From positions 64,001 to 93,619 of IMG/VR virus record IMGVR_UViG_3300042876_000208: DNA of 29,619 nt, one strand, 5' to 3'. Position numbers and translations under genes: made by a program. The notes below the pieces were generated by a model that saw only the letters and a list, made by a program, of their open reading frames with translations, did no database searches and was not told the DNA's origin. This DNA is from a virus (lineage: Duplodnaviria; Heunggongvirae; Uroviricota; Caudoviricetes). This document shows, one piece after another, positions 22,942 through 29,619 of this stretch. Every line of letters begins with the position of its first letter. Position 1 is the stretch's first letter.

Positions 22942-22945
22942 CAAG

Positions 22946-22996
22946 GTTAAAGCCCCATAGAGTTTTTTCGCCTCCTTTCTACTATGGGGCTTTAAC
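22946..22996 (+). ncRNA. 15-bp hairpin with an anti-Shine-Dalgarno loop
   Basis: gttaaagccccatag/ctatggggctttaac; loop contains CCTCCTTTCTA. Confidence 0.65.
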
Positions 22997-22999
22997 TAC

Positions 23000-23028
23000 T
23001 TGACTTTTTGAACAAAAGGATTTATAAT
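23000..23028 (+). promoter_or_regulatory. Sigma70-type promoter after the array
   Basis: TTGACT-17 nt-TATAAT. Confidence 0.8.
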
Positions 23029-23239
23029 GTATAAAATAAAATGTCCCTTTTGCCTAGGTTGCATGGATTTGGTTTACACCCCACAAATGGAACAAGTATG
23101 GCATTGTTGGTTGTGTAAAACTTGGTACGTAAATGAGTTGGAAAATGGTTTGAGAAAAGTTGAAAATCCATTACTGGAGAATATAGATAACAAGCCAAAT
23201 TCCTAAAGGTAAGAATAAAAAAGAAAGGTACAAAAAATC

Positions 23240-23620
23240 ATGGAGACATTTCTGAAGAACATTGGGTTCTTTAGATTGGCAATAGAGCAATCAAAGAAGT
23301 CTACACATAAGGTAAAGGTTGGGGCAGTTCTAGCTAACAAGCGCCCTGTGGCAAGAGGTTATAACAAGATTAAATCTCATCCGATTTGGGCTAATCCATC
23401 TAAGCATGTAAAGATTTCCATTCATGCTGAAATAGATTGTCTTATGGATAGCTCAGCTAGTGAGGGTGATACAATGTATGTCTATCGTGAAGATAGTCTA
23501 GGTTGGCCAGCTCTAGCAAGACCTTGTGTTGATTGTATGAAAGTATTGAAAGAACGCGGGATTAGAAAGGTCATCTACAGTATAGCACATCCTCCATACT
23601 ATAAAGAGGAGTTCATATAA
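23240..23620 (+). CDS. Zn-dependent cytidine/dCMP deaminase-superfamily protein
   Basis: KVGAVL, ARGYN, HAEID and ARPCVDC motifs. Confidence 0.85.
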   Translation: METFLKNIGFFRLAIEQSKKSTHKVKVGAVLANKRPVARGYNKIKSHPIWANPSKHVKISIHAEIDCLMDSSASEGDTMYVYREDSLGWPALARPCVDCMKVLKERGIRKVIYSIAHPPYYKEEFI

Positions 23621-23630
23621 GGAGAAAGAA

Positions 23631-23891
23631 ATGGAAAAGATAACTATTGATGTCGCGTTTGAAATTAATGAAAAAGTAAAAGTAGGAAATGCTATAGGTA
23701 CAGTATACGGATACTATGTTAATAACGATTTTATTGAATATCATGTATCTATATGGGATGGCTCTCGAAGAGAAACCTTCTACTTTAGGGAAAGTGAACT
23801 TGAGAAATTTCATGAACCTAAACCTATAGCATTTGCCAAAGAAACACCAGTCCAGGAGATTAAAAATGACACTAAAGAAAGTAGGAAATAA
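23631..23891 (+). CDS. Hypothetical protein
   Basis: 86 aa ORF with an aaggag RBS. Confidence 0.6.
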   Translation: MEKITIDVAFEINEKVKVGNAIGTVYGYYVNNDFIEYHVSIWDGSRRETFYFRESELEKFHEPKPIAFAKETPVQEIKNDTKESRK

Positions 23892-24048
23892 ATATAAGGT
23901 TGTTAGCAAAACAACTGGTAAAGATTTGTCAAAGCCTATGAGTAAAGAGATGGCTTTGCACCGTGAAAAACAAATTCAAATGTTCAAAAATTTAGATAAG
24001 TATAAGAAAGACCATAACGGCAAAACCTTTCTTAAAAAGAGAAAGTAG
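23866..24048 (+). CDS. Small basic protein (60 aa)
   Basis: Start moved to ATG 23866 (MTLKKVGNKYKVV) after aggag. Confidence 0.6.
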   Translation: MTLKKVGNKYKVVSKTTGKDLSKPMSKEMALHREKQIQMFKNLDKYKKDHNGKTFLKKRK

Positions 24049-24051
24049 TTT

Positions 24052-24594
24052 ATGGAAACACCCCAGCAGAAATACGCAAGAGTTCATAAAGATGAATTAA
24101 AACTATATAGAAAGCAGTGGAGAGACTCTCATAAGGAATCTACAAAAGAATATTTGAAGAGCTACTATATAGAGAATAAAGAAAAGATACTTAAACGTGT
24201 GTCGGATAGATACTATGAGCATCATATAAATGAAGTTCCATCTTGTGAATTTAATCTTGAATTCGTATTAAATGAGCAAAGAAACTTGAGAAAAGTAAAA
24301 CAAGCTTATAAACGGGCTGGCGGTGGTGATTTTTCATTAAAAGATTGGTATTCTTTACTAGAGGAATTTGATTACAAGTGTGCATATTGTAAGGAAAGAA
24401 CTAATCATTTGTCTCCTGACCACGTTATTCCACTTTCTCGTGGTGGAGAAAATACATTAAATAATATTCTTCCCGCTTGCACAACATGTAATACATCAAA
24501 AAATAAAAAGTTGCTGGAAGAATGGATTCCTAATCTGAATGATAAGATGAACGAATATTTTGATGCACATCCTATTATTTGTGAGGAAACATGA
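24052..24594 (+). CDS. HNH endonuclease (McrA-like)
   Basis: CAYC...DHVIPLSRGGENTLNNILPACTTCNTSK. Confidence 0.85.
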   Translation: METPQQKYARVHKDELKLYRKQWRDSHKESTKEYLKSYYIENKEKILKRVSDRYYEHHINEVPSCEFNLEFVLNEQRNLRKVKQAYKRAGGGDFSLKDWYSLLEEFDYKCAYCKERTNHLSPDHVIPLSRGGENTLNNILPACTTCNTSKNKKLLEEWIPNLNDKMNEYFDAHPIICEET

Positions 24595-24770
24595 AGATTG
24601 AAAAAGCACTTAAGCGTGATAACAAGCGACTAAGACGAAAGTATGGTCATGTTGTAGACGGTAGAAGTGTAAAATTGCTACATGATATTCAACGAAAAAA
24701 ATCAATTGAAATAAAGAAAGAACGAGAAGAACATATGAAAATTATGGAGACTCTTTCAAATGCAAGCTGA
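24591..24770 (+). CDS. Small basic protein (59 aa, MKIEKALKRDNKRLRRKYGH...)
   Basis: Hand-translated; ATGA overlap with the HNH stop. Confidence 0.55.
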   Translation: MKIEKALKRDNKRLRRKYGHVVDGRSVKLLHDIQRKKSIEIKKEREEHMKIMETLSNAS

Positions 24771-24981
24771 TTATAGATGCAGTGTTTGTGATACAATGTT
24801 TTCACATAACGAGGCATATGAGATTTCATCCGATGAAATCCTTCGTTATGAATGTCCTAAATGTGGTAGTAAGTTAACAGCCCCAATATTAGAGAAAGGA
24901 GTAATTGAGAATGTACCTGGAACTATTGGAAAGTCTAATAGAACAGGACTTCGGGTATACACACACAGGAAATTGGGGTAA
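24760..24981 (+). CDS. Zn-ribbon protein (73 aa)
   Basis: YRCSVCD...YECPKCGS. Confidence 0.6.
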   Translation: MQADYRCSVCDTMFSHNEAYEISSDEILRYECPKCGSKLTAPILEKGVIENVPGTIGKSNRTGLRVYTHRKLG

Positions 24982-25780
24982 ATCACAAGAGCATAGCTCA
25001 TTAGTAGTAGATAGACAAAAGGAACTCTGGTTCTGGAATTCGAGAGACATGAGAGGTAATGTAAAAGATTATCTCTTGCTCATAAGAGGTTACTCGGAGG
25101 CTAAGGCAACAGAGTTCCTAAAGTCTAAATCAAATACTAGAATACTTGAGCTACCGGAAAGTGATGAGGCGTCAGTTCCTTATGAGAAACTAGTCGAATT
25201 TCTGTGGCTTAATGGAAAGAACAATCGAGACTATTGGTATAGACGTGGATTGAATGACAATGTAATTGATAGATTTAAACTTGGATTTTCAGGTGAATTC
25301 TTCACAATCCCCATCTATGTTAATGGTGAATTTAAAAACTTTCAATGTAGAAAAGATATACCGGAAAAGAAAATCAGACCTTGGTATAGACACTCAGGCC
25401 CACTCATGTTTAACTCGGATATATTACAATTTGTGAACAAGGTATTTATAACCGAGGGGCCAGTAGATGCAATACTATTAACACAACTAGGCTACACCGC
25501 AGTTAGTCACACGGCGGGAGCTACCGGATGGAACAATGAGTGGTTTAAATATTTCTTTAAACAAAAAGAGATTATTTACATTGCAGATAATGACCAAGCC
25601 GGAATAGCCGGAGCCAAGCGAGTAGCCAAGTGTCTAGGTGAAACTAGAGTAAGAATACTAAGATTTGCAGATAAAGCTGAAAAGTATGATACCGTTGATT
25701 TCTTTAGGGACGGTGGTACTAAACAAGAATTTGAGCAAAGACTTAGTTCAGATTTAAAGTACTCTTTCGAGGGCATATAG
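24911..25780 (+). CDS. DnaG-like DNA primase (Toprim)
   Basis: RRGL...IDRFKLG; VFITEGPVDA; YIADNDQAGIAGA Toprim motifs; ATG 24911 after gaaaggag. Confidence 0.85.
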   Translation: MYLELLESLIEQDFGYTHTGNWGKSQEHSSLVVDRQKELWFWNSRDMRGNVKDYLLLIRGYSEAKATEFLKSKSNTRILELPESDEASVPYEKLVEFLWLNGKNNRDYWYRRGLNDNVIDRFKLGFSGEFFTIPIYVNGEFKNFQCRKDIPEKKIRPWYRHSGPLMFNSDILQFVNKVFITEGPVDAILLTQLGYTAVSHTAGATGWNNEWFKYFFKQKEIIYIADNDQAGIAGAKRVAKCLGETRVRILRFADKAEKYDTVDFFRDGGTKQEFEQRLSSDLKYSFEGI

Positions 25781-25781
25781 C

Positions 25782-25973
25782 ATGGATATAAGAGATGTTG
25801 TACTAAAAAGAGACAAGTTAGAGGCAGAGATTTTAAGATTAATCTCAGACTTTGAACAAGAAACCGATACAAGAGTGGATAATATAGGTATTACCTATAC
25901 CGAGTTTAGACAACTTGGTGATGATAAACCACAAAGATTGCTTACGGGTGTTATCTGTAGGTTACAATTATGA
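25782..25973 (+). CDS. Hypothetical protein (63 aa)
   Basis: ORF co-oriented in the operon. Confidence 0.6.
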   Translation: MDIRDVVLKRDKLEAEILRLISDFEQETDTRVDNIGITYTEFRQLGDDKPQRLLTGVICRLQL

Positions 25974-26071
25974 GTGTTGAAGGACAAGCTGTTTTATTAG
26001 CAATAGAGCTAATAGGCTCTGGTTTTCTATTTGTATTCGTGGTAGTAGTAGCGTTTATTCTGTTTGGATAG
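25970..26071 (+). CDS. 33-aa membrane peptide
   Basis: Hand-translated (MSVEGQAVLLAIELIGSGFLFVFVVVVAFILFG); ATGA overlap. Confidence 0.5.
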   Translation: MSVEGQAVLLAIELIGSGFLFVFVVVVAFILFG

Positions 26072-26076
26072 AAAGG

Positions 26077-26613
26077 ATGCGTATGAAAGAGAAACTAGGA
26101 ATGGATTTGGATGGAGTTATCTACCCCTTTGTAAAAGCCGTTGAAACCTATTGTAGAATAACTTATGGATATGCAGGAACTACCGATGAATTTGAGCGTA
26201 ACATTGATAAATATTGGAAACTTTATAATCTAGATTGGATTGTAGAGTCCCCAAATATTTATCAGAAATTTATTCCTGAGAAAAAAATGATGGCCCTTAT
26301 ACAGGATTTGTCATCTAAGTACCAAATCTTTTATGTAACGTCTAGACCGGAAAGTCTTTTAAGGATTACTGAAAAGTATCTAAGAGATTATGACTTCCCC
26401 CAAAGAAACAATCTAGTCTTTACACAGGATAAAGATGTATTTGCTCGACTTGTTGGACTAACTTATTTCGTAGAAGATAATGTTGAGAACGCTTGTAAGC
26501 TTGCTAAGGCCTGCATGTCGTTTCTAGTCAAGACACCTTATAACGATGGTGCTACAGGTAATTTCAAAGTATTAGAGTCAGTATATGACCTAAGAGGTTT
26601 ACTACTTTCATAA
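26077..26613 (+). CDS. HAD-superfamily 5'(3')-deoxyribonucleotidase-like protein
   Basis: GMDLDGVI motif I; YVTSRP motif II; FVED motif IV. Confidence 0.8.
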   Translation: MRMKEKLGMDLDGVIYPFVKAVETYCRITYGYAGTTDEFERNIDKYWKLYNLDWIVESPNIYQKFIPEKKMMALIQDLSSKYQIFYVTSRPESLLRITEKYLRDYDFPQRNNLVFTQDKDVFARLVGLTYFVEDNVENACKLAKACMSFLVKTPYNDGATGNFKVLESVYDLRGLLLS

Positions 26614-26627
26614 AAAGGAGATGTTAA

Positions 26628-26852
26628 ATGAATACAGAAGCAGTAATGGATTTGAATAAGGATTTAGTAGCTAGAGCCTTTTATCTGTGGGGTTTAACTT
26701 ATACACAAAATCCTGAATCCTTTGATAAGGATATTGATGTAATAGAAAATGAAGAAAATTCCGATGAAAAAATATCAGTGTATTTGGCCGGTCTATTCAC
26801 AAGATTTTATACCGAGGCTTGCAATGAAGCTGAAAGACAGGATGTACCATGA
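26628..26852 (+). CDS. Hypothetical acidic protein
   Basis: 74 aa ORF with an aaggag RBS. Confidence 0.6.
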   Translation: MNTEAVMDLNKDLVARAFYLWGLTYTQNPESFDKDIDVIENEENSDEKISVYLAGLFTRFYTEACNEAERQDVP

Positions 26853-27232
26853 ACTTTCAAGAATATCAAAAAGGTGCATTTAGAACTTTAGCTGTACTTA
26901 AAAATAAATTTACGGATGATTTACACATGGTTCTAGGTATAGTGACAGAGGCGGGTGAACTTGCAGATGCCTATAAGAAATACCTTGCCTATGGAAAGGA
27001 ACTAGATTATGTAAACGTTCAGGAAGAACTCGGGGACTTGATGTGGTATATCGCTAATTTCTGTACACTTAACAATTTCGATTTTGAAAAGATTTTGGAA
27101 ATAAACCAGAAGAAACTTAAAGCCCGTTACCCGGAAAAATTCACTCAGGAGAATGCAGAGAATAGAAACTTAATAAGAGAGCGTCAAATTCTTGACGAAC
27201 TTTATGCAGAACACAAAAATCCCGCTGAATAA
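26849..27232 (+). CDS. MazG-like nucleotide pyrophosphohydrolase
   Basis: MNFQEYQ, LGIVTEAGELADAYKK, EELGDLMWY and NQKKLKARYP motifs. Confidence 0.85.
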   Translation: MNFQEYQKGAFRTLAVLKNKFTDDLHMVLGIVTEAGELADAYKKYLAYGKELDYVNVQEELGDLMWYIANFCTLNNFDFEKILEINQKKLKARYPEKFTQENAENRNLIRERQILDELYAEHKNPAE

Positions 27233-27265
27233 GCGGGATTATTTTACCTTATTGGGAGATTATTT

Positions 27266-28885
27266 ATGTTTGATGAAGTAACTAAAATTAGCCCCGTAGC
27301 TCTGAACATTCTACGGAAACGATATTTTCACGAAGGAGAGACTACTTGGGAGGAAGTTGTAGATAGAGTTATTAAGCATGTTGTACCCAATGATACTGAT
27401 ATAGAGGAACTTACTTATATTAGGGAAATGATTTTAAATAGATACTTCATTCCTAACTCCCCTTGCTTGGTAAATTCCGGTAGAGAATATGCAGGACTAG
27501 CCGCGTGTTTCGTTGTAGATTTCCCCGACACAATTGAAGGCATTTACAAAACTAAATTAGACTTTGCTCTTATAGCCAGAAAGGGTGGTGGATGTGGTAC
27601 TACACTATCCAAACTTAGACCAAAGGGTTCTAGAGTATCTGGTTCTACACATGGCTACGCGGGTGGCCCTGTTGCGTTCTTTGATACTATTTGTAAGGAC
27701 ATGGAAGTAGTTTCACAAGGCGGGTTCAGACAAATGGCAATGATGGGAGCCATGTCCTGTTATCATCCAGATATTCTAGAGTTTATTACCGCTAAAGAAA
27801 CCGAAGGAAAGATGACCACTACTAATATTTCTGTATTAGTAGATAATGCTTTTATGCAGGGCGTTGTAGATGATTTGGAATACACTACCTTCTTTACTTA
27901 TGCCGATGGTTTTGTTGAGTATGGTAACACCTACAAGTGCAGAGACATTTTCAATCTAATTATTGAAGGCGCTTGGCGTAATGGTGAACCAGGTATGCTA
28001 TTCTATGATAGCATGAATAACAATTCCCCCTATAGATATTCTGGCCAAGAACTTGTCACCGTAAATCCCTGCGGCGAACAAGGGTTGCCATTTAACGGCG
28101 TCTGCAATCTAGGTTCTCTAGACGTATCCAAATTCCTCTTACCCGACAAGACAATTGATACAGTTAAGCTAGGTGCAGCTACAAGACTTGGTGTTAGATT
28201 TCTGAACTATGTTATAGAACGCTCCAATTATCCTACAAAGGAAATTGAAGAGTGGGTAGAGAAAAATAAGCCAATTGGTCTTGGCATAATGGGATTGGCT
28301 GATTATTACTTGCAACGTGGTATAGCCTATGGTTCTGAACAAGCCCTTGAAGAATTAGGTTTCATAATGGAATTTATGAAAAATATCGCTGAGGATGAGT
28401 CAATTGAAATTGGTAGGGAAAAGGGTATTCCAGAGGCTTGTAAGGATTTACCTTACCCAAGACGTAATGTTACTTTACTATCTATAGCTCCCACCGGAAC
28501 TATTAGTTTAATCGCAGGATGTTCTAGTGGTATTGAACCAATCTTTTCTGAGATAGTTATTCGTAATGACAAGACGGGTTCTTATCAGTTTGATAATGAT
28601 TTAGCTAGCAAGGATTTCTTTAGATGTGCAGTAGCCGCTAATGGGGCTATAGAGGTAACTTGGGAAGAGCATGTTAAAACTCAGGCAATCGCACAGCAAT
28701 TTGTAGACTCTGGTGTGAGTAAGACAATTAACTTTCCTAACCATACTCACAGAGAAACTATTGCAAAGGCATTTATGCTAGCTTGGGAGTTAGGTTGTAA
28801 AGGTATTACAGCTTATAGAAATGGTAGCAGAAAAGTAGAGGTGTTAAAAACACAAACAAAGGCAGCTAGAAATGATAGTGAGTGA
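27266..28885 (+). CDS. nrdJ: Ribonucleotide reductase catalytic subunit, probably class II (B12-dependent)
   Basis: FIPNSP, LAACFV, GGGCG, HPDILEFI, NGEPG, NPCGEQ, CNLGS and APTGTIS motifs; no nrdB in the window. Confidence 0.8.
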   Translation: MFDEVTKISPVALNILRKRYFHEGETTWEEVVDRVIKHVVPNDTDIEELTYIREMILNRYFIPNSPCLVNSGREYAGLAACFVVDFPDTIEGIYKTKLDFALIARKGGGCGTTLSKLRPKGSRVSGSTHGYAGGPVAFFDTICKDMEVVSQGGFRQMAMMGAMSCYHPDILEFITAKETEGKMTTTNISVLVDNAFMQGVVDDLEYTTFFTYADGFVEYGNTYKCRDIFNLIIEGAWRNGEPGMLFYDSMNNNSPYRYSGQELVTVNPCGEQGLPFNGVCNLGSLDVSKFLLPDKTIDTVKLGAATRLGVRFLNYVIERSNYPTKEIEEWVEKNKPIGLGIMGLADYYLQRGIAYGSEQALEELGFIMEFMKNIAEDESIEIGREKGIPEACKDLPYPRRNVTLLSIAPTGTISLIAGCSSGIEPIFSEIVIRNDKTGSYQFDNDLASKDFFRCAVAANGAIEVTWEEHVKTQAIAQQFVDSGVSKTINFPNHTHRETIAKAFMLAWELGCKGITAYRNGSRKVEVLKTQTKAARNDSE

Positions 28886-29465
28886 CGAGATTGTAATTCA
28901 TAAGCACTATAGATGTAGACAAGTAACCTGTACATCATGCGGAAAGCAAGTGTTTAGACAAATACAAGCAGTAAATAGAATGATTAAGGAAAATAAAGAA
29001 TATGTATGTAAGTCTTGTATGATGATAAAAAGAAATAAGTCTGCCACAACAATAAATTGTCCCAATTGTGGAGTAAAATTAACTTCAGAAAATGAAGTTA
29101 GGTATGGAAAAAGAGGAAATAGAAATTCAAGTTTATGTAAACCATGTTACAAGTTAAACTGGAAAAAAGAATATCAAGAAATCAAGAGGAAGGTTATGGA
29201 GCATTACGGCGGCAAATGCGCTTGTTGTGGAGAGCATAGACTGGAGTTCCTAACAATAGACCATGTCAATAACGATGGTGGGAAACACAGAAGGGAACAA
29301 GCCCACTCTTTGGGAACAGGATTATATAAATTACTTTTGAGAAAGAATTTTGACTTAGGTTATGAGTTACAGGTATTGTGCTGGAACTGTAATGAAGCAA
29401 AAAACTATTATGGTATATGTCCACATGAGGTAGAAAGAAACAGTAATCTCCTAAATAGGCAGTAA
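28872..29465 (+). CDS. HNH endonuclease-like protein with N-terminal Zn fingers
   Basis: CACCGE...FLTIDHVNNDG...LQVLCWNCNEAK. Confidence 0.8.
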   Translation: MIVSDEIVIHKHYRCRQVTCTSCGKQVFRQIQAVNRMIKENKEYVCKSCMMIKRNKSATTINCPNCGVKLTSENEVRYGKRGNRNSSLCKPCYKLNWKKEYQEIKRKVMEHYGGKCACCGEHRLEFLTIDHVNNDGGKHRREQAHSLGTGLYKLLLRKNFDLGYELQVLCWNCNEAKNYYGICPHEVERNSNLLNRQ

Positions 29466-29476
29466 ATAGACAACAA

Positions 29477-29503
29477 AAAACCCCACTTTTCGAGTGGGGT
29501 TTT
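29477..29503. terminator. Bidirectional intrinsic terminator
   Basis: aaaa-ccccact-tttcg-agtgggg-tttt between convergent genes. Confidence 0.85.
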
Positions 29504-29529
29504 ATATTACTGAAATACTTCTAAATTAT

Positions 29530-29619
29530 TTATTCAGAATCGTCTAGACCATCATCACTATCATCATAAACTTCATAGGACTCAAGAATGTCAGCGAACT
29601 CATTAAAAGTAAAATCATC
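29530..29619 (-). CDS. Acidic C-terminus of a convergent gene (partial)
   Basis: ...FNEFADILESYEVYDDSDDGLDDSE* read by hand. Confidence 0.5.
   Translation of the reverse strand, partial: DDFTFNEFADILESYEVYDDSDDGLDDSE

Noticed and set aside
23043-23095. tRNA-Val-like remnant (loop ttTACac)
   Set aside because: Only 2 good stem pairs, no T arm and no acceptor partner; a short CxxC ORF (23087-23206) overlaps it and is itself too weakly supported to call.
15143-25872. Minus-strand ORFs 15143, 19711, 21079, 22397, 23613 and 25576
   Set aside because: Antisense shadows of plus-strand genes or tRNAs, with no motifs or RBS.
1-29619. Genome-wide stop-codon reassignment
   Set aside because: TAG and TGA both end well-defined genes, and long conserved genes are uninterrupted in the standard code; only two isolated in-frame stops were found.

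Overview
AT-rich segment of a large tailed-phage genome; the host cannot be assigned. Evidence: near-consensus sigma70-type promoters, a dense replication gene set, several HNH endonucleases and a tRNA array. The left arm (1-14391, minus strand) is a replication, recombination and DNA-modification module: PolA, RecA, SSB, DnaB, Hjc-type resolvase, PD-(D/E)XK nuclease, RNase H-like exonuclease, dNMP kinase, an amino-methyltransferase and a divergent QueC-like PP-loop protein. The right arm (14505-29465, plus strand) starts with macro-domain and SLOG genes. A ~7.3 kb array follows with 22 cloverleaf tRNAs covering 19 amino acids, none with encoded CCA, and a DUF2828 (Ro60/TROVE-like, vWA) gene in its middle. 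After it come a deaminase, HNH nucleases, a primase, a HAD nucleotidase, MazG and a probable class II ribonucleotide reductase. The most notable signal is the non-tRNA RNA content of the array. (1) Five copies of a covarying stem with a fixed ACAG(C/A)AA bulge, one directly upstream of the Ro60-like gene. (2) A circularly permuted, YrlA-like tRNA core. (3) An anticodon-less tRNA mimic. (4) A topologically rearranged tRNA-Arg(TCT). (5) A promoter-proximal tRNA-like RNA with crossing helices. (6) An anti-Shine-Dalgarno hairpin. Together these suggest a phage Ro60-like protein with its own Y-like or tRNA-mimic RNAs. All folds and family calls were made by eye; no Rfam, HMM or folding software was run, so novelty is unverified.
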